Shown here one piece after another: positions 36,923 to 48,825 of a DNA stretch of 64,000 nucleotides. Every line of letters begins with the position of its first letter. Within the stretch, counting starts at the first letter, position 1. The translations under genes were made by a program, and so were the position numbers. This stretch comes from Flectonema sp. DT1601 (taxonomy: Eukaryota): contig OZ025804.1 of NCBI GenBank assembly GCA_964019425.1, positions 682,001 through 746,000 on the forward strand, given 5' to 3'. A model generated the notes under the pieces. It searched no databases and was not told where the DNA came from. It worked only from the letters and a program-made list of their open reading frames with translations.

Positions 36923-38851
36923 AATAGTATTTTAAAGCATCCAACTCCCTCTACGTAAAGAGTCGACTTACAAGTAAAACACTATCCTCACGGGGTGTTG
37001 TTAGTTGCAAGCTATCAACGGAAAACAACGAGGAGTCTAACGTGGTCTTGTTCAGATAACGGAGGAGTAGAAAACGACTAGGAGGAATGAACAAATAAAC
37101 GGAAAGAAATAAAGAGAGCCCATGCGTGACAAGGGAGAAAACAGATAGCGAGCTTTCTATTTTACTTCTGAGGTTTAAAAAGAAATGGGAAAAAAAGAAA
37201 AGAAAACAAAAAAGAAGAAACGAAAACATAACAAAACGTGATCTTGCGAGCCTTCATGGGCTATAAGTTTCTTATCTTTCATTCGCCTTGGCGACGGGTA
37301 ATCGTGGGACCTGTAAAACCAGCTCGTGTCTGGCCTAAATTGCTTCGAAGGCTGCTCTCTCTTCCTCGACGACATGGACGCGTTCCAACTGCACCAGTTG
37401 ATTTGATGACTATGTGGCCTCTACTGCTCGGAAGGCTGCTCTCTCTTCCTCGACGACATGGACGCGTTCCAACTGCACGAGTTGATTTGATGACTATGTG
37501 GCCTCTACTGCCTGTGGCTCGTGCCTGGGCTAAATTGCTTCGAAGGCTGCATTCTCTTCCTCGACGACATGGACGCGTTCCAACTGCACCAGTTGATTTC
37601 ATGACTATGTGGCCTCTACTGCTTCGAAGGCTGCTCTCTCTTCCTCGACAACATGGACGCGTTCCAACTGCACTGCACCAGTTGATTTGATGACTATGTG
37701 GCCTCTACTGCCTGTGGCTCGTGCCTGGGCTAAATTGCTTCGAAGGCTGCATTCTCTTCCTCGACGACATGGACGCGTTCCAACTGCACCAGTTGATTTC
37801 ATGACTATGTGGCCTCTACTGCTTCGAAGGCTGCTCTCTCTTCCTCGACAACATGGACGCGTTCCAACTGCACCAGTTGATTTCATGACTATGTGGCCTC
37901 TACTGCTTCGAAGGCTGCTCTCTCTTCCTCGACAACATGGACGCGTTCCAACTGCACTGCAGCAGTTGATTTGATGACTATGTGGCCTCTACTGCCTGTG
38001 GCTCGTGCCTGGGCTAAGTTGCTTCGAAGGCTGCATTCTCTTCGACGTGGAAGCGCTCTAATTACACCTATTTTATTTTATTTTATTTTATTTTATTTTA
38101 TTTTATTTTATTTTATTTTATTTTATTTTATTTTATTTTATTTTATTTTATTTTATTTATTTTATTATCTTTTCCTCTATAGTTATCCTCATATTATTTC
38201 CTGACAACAATCGGACAAGGTGGAAAGCTGACAATAGCATACTGTGTTAAGGATGCCCCGTCAGTAGCATAAAACTATCTGGGTCTAATTACGTTGCTAT
38301 TGCCTCGTAGCTCTATGCTCTCCTATTTTGCTGTATCAGCGTTTTGCGGGTTTGCGGGTCTGCGATACAGTACGCAATGTATTGGACTTCCTTATCTATC
38401 TATCGATCTTAGCCCGAAACGAACTTGCTTGTTGTCCTACAAAGTCTTGCTTTTTTTTGATTCACTGATAATTATTATTACCAGTTGATTAGAATACTCA
38501 GTATTGATTTAGATTGTGATTTAAGTTATCTGTTATTGTAGTTTACTCATTCAGGTACACAATAATAATAAAATAAAAATATGGAGCTTGGCAAGGTAGT
38601 GTTTTTAATAATAGTAAATGTTGCCTTCAACGTCTTCCACTTTACTCGGTTAGTCCTGAGAGGGGGTTGTGATATCTTCCATTGTAAGTTTGTTAGCAGA
38701 TCTGGTTAGGGTCTTTAGATTTCTTCGTTTTACTGTAGTAAGGAGTTGTTGTTGATTCTTATTTGTTTTTTTTTAAAAATCTTTTTACTTCACAGAACAA
38801 ACACAGTTCAGGAGACCTTTTTTTCTCTCCACCCTGAACGATGTTTATAAA

Positions 38852-38999
38852 ATGAGATTCACATTATTGATAGTGATTTTATTCGGGTTGTTAACCCTCA
38901 GTCGTGGGTCACGGCTGTCTTGCTGTATCTACACTCAAGACGTTCTGGAATATGTCGACATAAGATAGTTGCTTGTGATTGTACGACAAACTATCTGTC
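38852..38999 (+). pseudogene. Truncated copy 4 of the lectin gene, array reduced to one unit
   Basis: ...cagtcgtggg|tcacggctgtcttgctgtatctacactcaagacgttctgg... Confidence 0.8.
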
Positions 39000-39096
39000 C
39001 TACAATTACACCGTAAACATGATTGCGCATCATTTTAATTTAATTTTTTATTTTATTTTAAATAGACATCTATCGTCCAACAATATAAATAAAAAT

Positions 39097-40557
39097 ATGG
39101 AGCTCAGCAGGGTAATCTTGTTGATTATTGGCTGTGTCACTATATTTGCATGCTGGTCTGCCTCTGTAAAAGGCAGAAGATACGACACAGTAGTGGTTAA
39201 TAGAAATGCAAACCAAGTATTACTTCTAAAGACTCTGACTCAACAAAAGGATCCTGTGGTCCACTACTCCATACCTCAGGCAACAGTAATTAGAAAAGAT
39301 AGTTCTGGTCAGGAAGTAGTGTTCTACAAGTATCGAGAAAAGCAATGTGTCGGAGGCTTTGATCTGGGCCGCGTCGCTTCCCTGGAAGAAGCGTTTGAAA
39401 CGTGTGCGAAGAGGAAAGTCTGCCAATCGATTAGTTGTCATAACAAAAGAGCTTGTAGGATCACATCTCCGACATGTATTTTACAGACATCGGTGGCGGA
39501 TAAGCATGAGGCTTATGTTATTATTGCTAGAACTCCTAATAGGCTTCACTTGTATGAGAAACTTCTTCAAGACCTTCCTACTACTGAGGTCTTGAAGAAC
39601 CAAACTGGTCGTCGTTTAGCATCTGGTGAAAAACACGTGAAGAACATAGCGTGGAATCCTCAAAGCAGTGTTTGGAAGGATGGAAACTTTCAGCGGAATT
39701 ATTCGGAACTTCCTTACATTGAATTGACGAGATCGGATCACTTCACAATGGGACCACTTGTTAACGTAGACCCGATTCATAAAATTGTCATTGTCAGAGT
39801 TGCGAAGGTTCAGTCCACAAACATTTACAGATTATACGACAGACTTGTTGGTCACCAAGACATTATTAATGATGAAAAAGGTCATATTCGGGTGCATTCA
39901 AGACAAGCTCAAAATGATCCCCACCGTGAGCGTATCGCATTCAAAGACTTAGACACAGATACGTGTAATCGTATTATGAATGACCCTTCTTATAGAAAAG
40001 TTGTGTTTTTCAGAGATCCTGTTGATCGTTTTCTTTCTTGCTACCTCGATAAGTTCAAGCGTCAACATTATTCGACCATCTTCGGTCAAAAAAAAGGCAC
40101 GACGACCTTCGATGAGCTTTTGAGCTTCGTTGATACAGATGGTTTTCCACCATACGGAGTTGGCCCTGGAGTGAATTATCACTATCAAGCTCAGGTACTT
40201 ACTTCGAATTTATTCAAATTTCTCCCTCTCTTCGACTTCATCGGTTGGGGGAATAATGCTCACACGAAACTGATGTTAGAGAAGTATGGTCTGTGGGATG
40301 ACTTTGGAAACAAGACTTGGCCTCATGGCTTTATGAAATCGGGAGACAATCATCCCACTGGATCTAAAGATAAGAAAGCAACGTACCTTAACGATTCGAC
40401 AATTAAAATAGCAAAACATGCTTACGATATTGATTATCATTTCTTTCGTCATATCGGACTTGAGAAAGGAGGTCCTCCTGTTGATGGCAGTCGTTTGGTT
40501 CCATTCTTCTCTCATTGTAGTAATAGTGCCTGTTGGCCTGCTTATCCTGATGCTTAA
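39097..40557 (+). CDS. Carbohydrate sulfotransferase copy 6
   Basis: ATG 39097 is homologous to the other starts; 486 aa. Confidence 0.85.
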   Translation: MELSRVILLIIGCVTIFACWSASVKGRRYDTVVVNRNANQVLLLKTLTQQKDPVVHYSIPQATVIRKDSSGQEVVFYKYREKQCVGGFDLGRVASLEEAFETCAKRKVCQSISCHNKRACRITSPTCILQTSVADKHEAYVIIARTPNRLHLYEKLLQDLPTTEVLKNQTGRRLASGEKHVKNIAWNPQSSVWKDGNFQRNYSELPYIELTRSDHFTMGPLVNVDPIHKIVIVRVAKVQSTNIYRLYDRLVGHQDIINDEKGHIRVHSRQAQNDPHRERIAFKDLDTDTCNRIMNDPSYRKVVFFRDPVDRFLSCYLDKFKRQHYSTIFGQKKGTTTFDELLSFVDTDGFPPYGVGPGVNYHYQAQVLTSNLFKFLPLFDFIGWGNNAHTKLMLEKYGLWDDFGNKTWPHGFMKSGDNHPTGSKDKKATYLNDSTIKIAKHAYDIDYHFFRHIGLEKGGPPVDGSRLVPFFSHCSNSACWPAYPDA

Positions 40558-42072
40558 AATAGTATTTTAAAGCATCCAACTCCCTCTACGTAAAGAGTCG
40601 ACTTACAAGTAAAACACTATCCTCACGGGGTGTTGTTAGTTGCAAGCTATCAACGGAAAACAACGAGGAGTCTAACGTGGTCTTGTTCAGATAACGGAGG
40701 AGTAGAAAACGACTAGGAGGAATGAACAAATAAACGGAAAGAAATAAAGAGAGCCCATGCGTGACAAGGGAGAAAACAGATAGCGAGCTTTCTATTTTAC
40801 TTCTGAGGTTTAAAAAGAAATGGGAAAAAAAGAAAAGAAAACAAAAAAGAAGAAACGAAAACATAACAAAACGTGATCTTGCGAGCCTTCATGGGCTATA
40901 AGTTTCTTATCTTTCATTCGCCTTGGCGACGGGTAATCGTGGGACCTGTAAAACCAGCTCGTGTCTGGCCTAAATTGCTTCGAAGGCTGCTCTCTCTTCC
41001 TCGACGACATGGACGCGTTCCAACTGCACCAGTTGATTTGATGACTATGTGGCCTCTACTGCTCGGAAGGCTGCTCTCTCTTCCTCGACGACATGGACGC
41101 GTTCCAACTGCACGAGTTGATTTGATGACTATGTGGCCTCTACTGCTCCGAAGGCTGCTCTCTCTTCCTCGACGACATGGACGCGTTCCAACTGCACGAG
41201 TTGATTTGATGACTATGTGGCCTCTACTGCCTGTGGCTCGTGCCTGGGCTAAGTTGCTTCGAAGGCTGCATTCTCTTCCTCGACGACATGGACGCGTTCC
41301 AACTGCATCAGTTGATTTGATGACTATGTGGCCTCTACTGCTTCGAAGGCTGCTCTCTCTTCCTCGACAACATGGACGCGTTCCAACTGCATCAGTTGAT
41401 TTGATGACTATGTGGCCTCTACTGCCTGTGGCTCGTGCCTGGGCTAAATTGCTTCGAAGGCTGCATTCTCTTCGACATGGAAGCGCTCTAACTACACCTA
41501 TTTTATTTATTTTATTATTTTTTCCTCTATAGTTATCCTCATTTTATTTCCTGACAACAATCGGACAAGGTGGAAAGCTGACAATAGCATACTGTGTTAA
41601 GGATGCCCCGTCAGTAGCATAAAACTATCTGGGTCTAATTACGTTGCTATTGCCTCGTAGCTCTATGCTCTCTCGTTTTGCTGTATCAGCGTTTTGCGGG
41701 TTTGCGGGTCTGCGATACAGTCCGCAATGTATTGGACTTCCTTATCTATGTATCGATCTTAGCCCGAAACGAACTTGTTTGTTGTCCTACAAAGTCTTGC
41801 TTTTTTTTGATTCACTGATAATTATTATTACCAGTTGATTGGAATACTCAGTATTGATTTAGATTGTGATTTAAGTTATCTGTTATTGTAGTTTACTCAT
41901 TCAGGTACACAATAATAATAAAATAAAAAGTATGGAGCTTGGCAAGGTAGTGTTTTTAATAATGGTAACTATCTGTCTCCTACAATTACACCGTAAACAT
42001 GATTGCGCATCATTTTAATTTATTTATTTTTTTTAAAATAGGCTTCTAACGTCCAACAATATAAATAAAAAT

Positions 42073-43524
42073 ATGGAGCCCAGCAGGGTAATCTTGTTGA
42101 TCATTGTCTGTGTCACTATATTTGCATGCTGGTCTGCCTCTGTAAAAAGCGGAAGATGCGTCACAGTAGTGGTTAAGAGAAATGCAAACGAAACATTACT
42201 TCACAATCAACAACGGGATCCTGTGGTCCACTACTCCATACCTCAGGCAACAGTAATTAGAAAAGATAGTTCTGGTCAGGAAGTAGTGTTCTACAGGTAT
42301 CAAGAAAAGCAATGTGCCGGAGGCTTTGATCTGGGCCACGTCGCTTCCCTGGAAGAAGCGTTTGAAACGTGTGCGAAGAGGAAAGTCTGCCAGTCGATTA
42401 GTTGTCATAACAAAAGAGCTTGTAGGATCACATCTCCGTCATGTATTTTACAGACATCGGTGGCGGATGAGCATGAGGCTTATGTTATTATTGCTAGAAC
42501 TCCTGAGAGGCTTCACTTGTATGAGAAACTTCTTCAAGACCTTCCTACTACTGAGGTCTTGAAGAACCAAACTGGTCGTCGTTTGGCATCTGGTGAAGAA
42601 CAAGTGAAGAACATAGCGTGGGATCCTCAAAGCAGTGTTTGGAAGGATGGAAACTTTCAGCGGAATTATTCGGAACTTCCTTACATTGAATTGACGAGCT
42701 CGGATCACTTCACAATGGGACCACTTGTTAACGTAGACCCGATTCATAAAATTGTCATTGTCAGAGTTGCGAAGGTTCAGTCCACAAATATTTACAGATT
42801 ATACGACAGACTTGTTGGTCACCAAGACATTATTAATGATGAAAAAGGTCATATTTGGGTGCATTCAAGACAAGCTCAAAATGATCCCCACCGTGAGCGT
42901 ATCACATTCAAAGACTTAGACAGAGATACGTGTAATCGTATTATGAATGACCCTTCTTATAGAAAAGTTGTGTTTTTCAGAGATCCTGTTGATCGTGTTC
43001 TTTCTTGCTACCTCGATAAGTTCAAGCGTTTACATTATTCGACCTTCTTTGGTCAAAAAAAAGGCACGACGACCTTCAGTGAGCTTATGAGCTACATTGA
43101 TACAGATGGTCCTCCACCATACGGAGTTGGCCCTGGAGTGAATTATCACTATCAAGCTCAGCTACTTACTTCGAATTTATTCAAATTTCTCCCTCTCTTC
43201 GACTTCATCGGTTGGGGAAATACTGCTCACACGAAACTGATGTTAGAGAAGTATGGTCTGTGGGATGACTTTGGAAACAAGACTTGGCCTCATGGCTTTA
43301 TGAAATCGGGAGACAATCATCCCACTGGATCTAAAGATAAGAAAGCAACGTACCTTAACGATTCGACAATTAAAATAGCAAAACATGCTTACGATATTGA
43401 TTATCAATTCTTTCGTCATATCGGACTTGAGAAAGGAGGTCCTCCTGTTGATGGCAGTCGTTTGGTTCCATTCTTCTCTCATTGTAGTAATAGAGCCTGT
43501 TGGCCTGCTTATCCTGATGCTTAA
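42073..43524 (+). CDS. Carbohydrate sulfotransferase copy 7
   Basis: 483 aa; 3-aa deletion in the stem; motifs intact. Confidence 0.85.
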   Translation: MEPSRVILLIIVCVTIFACWSASVKSGRCVTVVVKRNANETLLHNQQRDPVVHYSIPQATVIRKDSSGQEVVFYRYQEKQCAGGFDLGHVASLEEAFETCAKRKVCQSISCHNKRACRITSPSCILQTSVADEHEAYVIIARTPERLHLYEKLLQDLPTTEVLKNQTGRRLASGEEQVKNIAWDPQSSVWKDGNFQRNYSELPYIELTSSDHFTMGPLVNVDPIHKIVIVRVAKVQSTNIYRLYDRLVGHQDIINDEKGHIWVHSRQAQNDPHRERITFKDLDRDTCNRIMNDPSYRKVVFFRDPVDRVLSCYLDKFKRLHYSTFFGQKKGTTTFSELMSYIDTDGPPPYGVGPGVNYHYQAQLLTSNLFKFLPLFDFIGWGNTAHTKLMLEKYGLWDDFGNKTWPHGFMKSGDNHPTGSKDKKATYLNDSTIKIAKHAYDIDYQFFRHIGLEKGGPPVDGSRLVPFFSHCSNRACWPAYPDA

Positions 43525-44833
43525 AATAGTATTTTAAAGCATCCAACTCCCTCTACGTAAAGAGTCGACTTACAAGTAAAACACTATCCTCACGGGGTGT
43601 TGTTAGTTGCAAACTATCAACGAGGAGTCTAACGTGGTCTTGTTCAGATAACGGAGGAGTAGGAGGAATGAACAAATAAACGGAAAGAAAATGGAGCAAC
43701 AATAAAGAGCCCATGCGTGACAAGGGAGAACACAGATAGCGAGCTTTCCATTTTACTGAGGTTTAAAGAAAAATGGGAAAAAAAGAAAAGAAAACAAAAA
43801 AGAAAAGAAAAAAAAACAAAACGTGATCTTGCGAGCCTTCGAGCTTAAAACCAGCTCGTGTCTGGCCTAAATTGCTTCGAAGGCTGCTCTCTCTCCCTCG
43901 ACGACATGGACGCGTTCCAACTGCACCAGTTGATTTGATGACTATGTGGCCTCTACTGCCTGTGGCTCGTGCCTGGGCTAAATTGCTTCGAAGGCTGCAT
44001 TCTATTCCTCGACAACATGGAAGCGCTCCAACGATGACTATCTGGCCTCTACTGCCTGGCTCGTGCCTGGGCTAAGTTGCTTCGAAGGCTGCATTGCAAC
44101 ATGGAAGCGCTCCAACTACACCTATTTTATTTTATTTTATTTTATTTTTTTCCCCCCCCTCTATAGTTATCCTCATATCATTTCCTGACAACAATCGGAC
44201 AAGGTGGAAAGCTGACAATGGGCATACTGTGTTCATTATGCCCCGTCAGTTATATAAAACAATCCTAATAGGATTGAGTCTGATTACATTGCTATTGCCT
44301 CGAATCTCTATGCTCTCTCGTTTTGCTGTATCAGCGACACAGTACGCAGTATTGGACTTCCTTATCTATCTATCGATCTTAGCCCGAAACGAACTTGTTT
44401 GTTGTCCTGCAAAATTCTACTTTTTTTTGATTCACTGATAATTATTGTTACTGGTTGATTAGAATACTCGGTATTGATTTAGATTGTGATTTAAGTTATC
44501 TGTTATTGTAGTTTACTCATTCAGGTACACAATAATAATAAAATAAAAATATGGAGCTTGGCAAGGTAGTGTTTTTAATAATAGTAAATGTTGCCTTCAA
44601 CGTCTTCCACTTTACTCGGTTAGTCCTGAGAGGGGGTTGTGATATCTTCCATTGTAAGTTTGTTAGCAGATCTGGTTAGGGTCTTTAGATTTCTTCGTTT
44701 TACTGTAGTAGTATTTGATTTTATAAAGGTGGGTGTTGTTGATTCTTGTTTGTTTTTAAAAATCTTTTCCCGTCACAGAACAAACACAGTTCAGGAGACC
44801 TTTTTTTCTCTCCACCTGAACGATGTTTATAAA

Positions 44834-47800
44834 ATGAGATTCACATTATTGATAGTGATTTTATTCGGGTTGTTAACCCTCAGTCGTGGGATCTGTCCTA
44901 ATGGGTTTACGGTAGTTGGGAACGACTGTCTTACTGTATCTACAGCAATATCAACAGGAGATGATGAGGCTCTATGTGAGTCAATAAATGCAGACTCACA
45001 ACTTCTCACGATAGAAGACGAGGCTCAACTAACTGAAGCAAACCAATTTATGGTAGCGAGTAACGTGGACTTTGCTTTTATTGGTCTAAGCAGACTTAAT
45101 TACACTAGGTCACAGTGGACATGGGGAGGTCCAACAGACCTTAATGACTCAGTTTGGTATAAGTTTGAACCTTTACTTGGCCAGACTTGTGCTTGTCTTT
45201 GTCGTTCTGGAATATGTCGACATAAGATAGTTGCTTGTGATTGTACGACAAACTATCTGTCTTCATCTGCAATTGGATTGTGTTTTGGTGTATTGATGCC
45301 TAATGGTGATTGCTATGAAGATACTGCTGTTGATGGTTTTCCGTTAGTCGTCCTCAGGAAGTCTGATCTTGATATATACATGACCCGGTACACAGGTATT
45401 TCTCAACTAATTAGAATTGCTCTTTATCGTCACTTATACCATGAGTTCGTTGATGGCAGTGGTGTTCAAATTGACAAATCTCTTTGGGAAGAACACGAAC
45501 CTGATACTAACTCTTGCGTATACTTAGGAGGACAGGATTTATGCGCTTCAGGTAAGATCTGTGACCATGCATGTTCTGTTGAAAAACTAGCACTTTGTGA
45601 ACATCAATCACCTCCTCCATGTCCGTCAAGGTGGACTGAGATTAGTGGAGTCTGCTACAGGGCAACTGCAGGTTTGAGTGGTTGGAATCCAGGTGAGTGT
45701 ACAACACAGTATCCTGGATCTGTTCATGTTGGTATCAAGACAGCTACTGAATTTCAAGCACTGTACAATTCATTCACAGGTACAACTACTGCCTACTGGC
45801 TTAACTTGACGAGGTTTGCGACTGCTCGTGCGACCAGTCAGTGGTCTTGGTTTAACTCAACTGAAGCGTACACTGAATCACAATCGAGAGATTTATGGGA
45901 CATTCATCATCCTAATAGTTTTCATTCTTGTACGATTATGTCCGCGACTGGATTGAAATCTTGGCCTTGCCAAAGCTCTACTCAGCATTTGTGTGAAGAC
46001 AGCACACTCTCTCTTCCTAACGACTGCGTTGCGGCAAATGGGTACATATATACGGCAACTTCAACTTGTTTTGTCTTGGAGGCTGCAAGTATCTTTTTGA
46101 AGAACAAACAATGCAACTTTTCAAAAAACGCACGACTCGCAATACTAACGGATCGGTTAATGCATGACACAGTTTATGCTTACTATGGAGCGGAAGCGTT
46201 CGTTGGTTTGACGCAGATAGAAGTTCAGACAGGATGGGAGTGGAGGGATCCCAACGCGTTTCCATACAACCCGACAACGTTTGATATTTGGAAAGATTCT
46301 GGTACTCTGTATCCGCTTAAAAATGATAGCTGTGCTGCTCTTGGGACTTCCTGTGAGAGAGCATGTTCTCAGGCGTGTAATTCTAGAAGAGCTCATATCT
46401 GTCAAATGAAAGCGATTCCTCCAACGGCAGTTCCAACACTGATACCAACTTTAGTTCCACCAACGTTAATTCCGACGTTAATTCCAACTGAGTCGCCGAA
46501 GAATGTTTCGACACTTGTTCCCACACTTATCCCAACTAATGAACCCAGCACTGGTGTGCCAACTACTGGTAATCAAACTAATGTACCAGTTGTTAGTAAT
46601 AATCAAACTAATGTACCAATTACAAGTAACCAAACTAGTGCGCCGGTTATAAATAGCAATCAAACAAGTGCCCCGTCAGCTGATAACAATACTGACAATG
46701 GGAATGTTGTCACTTCACGTCCAACAATAACACCGGCATCAATACCGGGAGTTGAGACAACTGAAGCTGTTGCTGTGGTTGCTGCAGGTGCTGGTGCAGT
46801 AACAGCACTTGTAAGTCCGTCAGCAGCTGTAGCTGCATCTCAAATGGCATTAATTCTTTCTGGTTGTCACAATGAAACTGACTGGCAGAAAGTACCCCGG
46901 ATGATGCATCCCCTCCAAATAACAATACACGACAATATCTTCGTCGGAGCTGTAATCTGTAATATTGGTCTTGTCGTTGTTGTTACCGCTTTACATGCGG
47001 CACTTACCTCTGCATTCTTACCAGTATTCGCAAGATTTCGGTTAATTCCGATGAAGTCGTTTTTGGCTGGACAAGGTCTTCTTAGAGTCCCGTCGGCCAG
47101 TTTATTTGTTTTTATATTTTTATATCAAGGAACGGTGTTTTCATCTATGAAATTAGCATTATCTTTGAAGGACTGGTTTAGTGTTGTTGTAGGTATATTT
47201 GGTTGGGCTGTTTGCTTTTTTGTACCAGTGGCTGTGTCTAGAAAGCTGAGCGCTTTATCACCTGTTGATGATAGACTATGTCTTGGAATAGTTGATAATC
47301 CAGCATCTAAGTGTAGATATCGTCTGGATACAAGTACTTGCTCAAAACCTGTAATAACATTCTTTATTGGATCTGGTGAATGGGTTTCGACAGATGTCAA
47401 CTGCAAGTGGGATGATCGTTACACCGTTGTTCTCAGACCTTTTACTGAACGAGCTGCATGGATTGGAGCAGGTCTTCCCTTTATGTTAATGACTTTCTTA
47501 GGTTTAGTTAACACAATGCCAACATCAAGTTACACAGCATGCGGGAATGTAAAACTTTGTTCAGGAATTTGTTACATTGCTTTGACTGGTGTTCAATGTG
47601 TTTTAAGACCGTATGCCAGACCTCGAGATAGGTTTTTGGAACCTCTGATTTCTGCTGTTTTTTCTGTTGATTTATTTATAATGGCATACGGATTCTATAT
47701 GAATGAAAGCGACGGTCCAACTTTTGATGTTGCGGCAATTCTGTCTCAAGTGGCAGTGGCTGTTGTTATGCTAAAGGCAGGTATTGACTTAGTAACTGAG

Positions 47801-48112
47801 ATTTACGTTTTATATAAGAAGAGAAGAGATCTTCTACAAGAAGAAGAATACAGAGCCATCCATAAGGAGGGTAGTGATCTCTTCTCACCATCGATTAATG
47901 ATGATTCCAATGAAACTCCTCTCTTAACACGTTCTAATACTAAAAATATAAATGATTTGTTGTGTATGAGTTTAACACGTAAAGGTTTTGGGTCTCCAAA
48001 TACTACCAAGTGGACGAGTTCGTCAACCGACAGTATTGTTAACCCTAATCTTAATGTCTTACTTCCTGTTACCTCTGCTTCAAAAGGAGAATTAAATCCG
48101 ATTACTCTGTAG
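44834..48112 (+). CDS. Surface receptor-like protein: signal peptide, ~4 C-type-lectin-like domains, PT-rich stalk, multi-pass (about 7-8 TM) domain
   Basis: 1092 aa from ATG 44834. CTL-like patterns: CPNGF...CL...FIGL...WTW...EP...C and CPSRW...CY...YWLNL...WSW...SWPC...HLCE. PTLIPT repeats are followed by multiple hydrophobic helices. Confidence 0.8.
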   Translation: MRFTLLIVILFGLLTLSRGICPNGFTVVGNDCLTVSTAISTGDDEALCESINADSQLLTIEDEAQLTEANQFMVASNVDFAFIGLSRLNYTRSQWTWGGPTDLNDSVWYKFEPLLGQTCACLCRSGICRHKIVACDCTTNYLSSSAIGLCFGVLMPNGDCYEDTAVDGFPLVVLRKSDLDIYMTRYTGISQLIRIALYRHLYHEFVDGSGVQIDKSLWEEHEPDTNSCVYLGGQDLCASGKICDHACSVEKLALCEHQSPPPCPSRWTEISGVCYRATAGLSGWNPGECTTQYPGSVHVGIKTATEFQALYNSFTGTTTAYWLNLTRFATARATSQWSWFNSTEAYTESQSRDLWDIHHPNSFHSCTIMSATGLKSWPCQSSTQHLCEDSTLSLPNDCVAANGYIYTATSTCFVLEAASIFLKNKQCNFSKNARLAILTDRLMHDTVYAYYGAEAFVGLTQIEVQTGWEWRDPNAFPYNPTTFDIWKDSGTLYPLKNDSCAALGTSCERACSQACNSRRAHICQMKAIPPTAVPTLIPTLVPPTLIPTLIPTESPKNVSTLVPTLIPTNEPSTGVPTTGNQTNVPVVSNNQTNVPITSNQTSAPVINSNQTSAPSADNNTDNGNVVTSRPTITPASIPGVETTEAVAVVAAGAGAVTALVSPSAAVAASQMALILSGCHNETDWQKVPRMMHPLQITIHDNIFVGAVICNIGLVVVVTALHAALTSAFLPVFARFRLIPMKSFLAGQGLLRVPSASLFVFIFLYQGTVFSSMKLALSLKDWFSVVVGIFGWAVCFFVPVAVSRKLSALSPVDDRLCLGIVDNPASKCRYRLDTSTCSKPVITFFIGSGEWVSTDVNCKWDDRYTVVLRPFTERAAWIGAGLPFMLMTFLGLVNTMPTSSYTACGNVKLCSGICYIALTGVQCVLRPYARPRDRFLEPLISAVFSVDLFIMAYGFYMNESDGPTFDVAAILSQVAVAVVMLKAGIDLVTEIYVLYKKRRDLLQEEEYRAIHKEGSDLFSPSINDDSNETPLLTRSNTKNINDLLCMSLTRKGFGSPNTTKWTSSSTDSIVNPNLNVLLPVTSASKGELNPITL

Positions 48113-48534
48113 TACCGATTTTGGTTTTCCAAATCACGCCGTTAGGAAATTTTGATAAAACTTTTTTTTTTTTTTTGCATCTAAGAAGAAACCTATTCAG
48201 ATTAAAAGCCGTTTATTATGTCAAATGTTATCTATTTCCCTGAGTGTCGGTGTTACTTATATAAGGCTTATCTGAACGGGTTTTTTCTTGGTTTGCATTT
48301 TACCAACATGTAAATCTCCTTCAGCCTTTTTTTTTGCATTTAACAAGTATTGTAAGAACGAAAAAGAATGTTGGCAGCACGTAAATCCTTTGGCTTTATC
48401 AGTTTAAGTCGGTTCACGGTTTCGTGCACAAACAAAAAATCACAGTGTTATATCATTATTTTCTGTATAGTTGAAGTTAAAGCCAATTCTTTTTTTTTTT
48501 TTTTTTTTTGTACCAAACTGACCTCTCTTTCTTT

Positions 48535-48825
48535 TCTTGCTGGGTGATATGGCTATGTGCTGCCCAAATCTTTTGTGGTACATTTCTAAAGCTTTTCGGT
48601 AAGCCCACAGTACTTATAATGCTTTGGACAACTGGGGGTGAACGATCCTCGGTACTGTTCCGGGGGTTTCTATTTTCTTTCGTGGAGTGTGGGCATATGT
48701 ATCTGGGCAAGGTGGAGGCTGGAAGTCGATCACTTCCAGCCAATACTATGAAACTACAATCTTCGCGATTCCCAGACCCCTCGTAGTCATCAGTTTGTAT
48801 TTTGCTAACTAAACTAAACTAAACT
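48535..48825 (+). repeat. Dispersed repeat family B copy with (AACTA)n tail
   Basis: Matches 14410-14850 with internal deletions; followed by cttagtcactgtat of family A. Confidence 0.75.

Noticed and set aside
37238..41532. ORFs across the 84-bp repeats (LLRRLLSLPRRHGRVPT...)
   Set aside because: They are repeat-generated, and the 82-bp variant at 31 kb breaks the frame and contains stops.
48387..48408. U2 snRNA-like words cctttggct and ttatcagtttaa (which would suggest a U2-targeting element)
   Set aside because: The branch-pairing region, stem IIa complement and Sm site are absent, and the words lie within a dispersed repeat.
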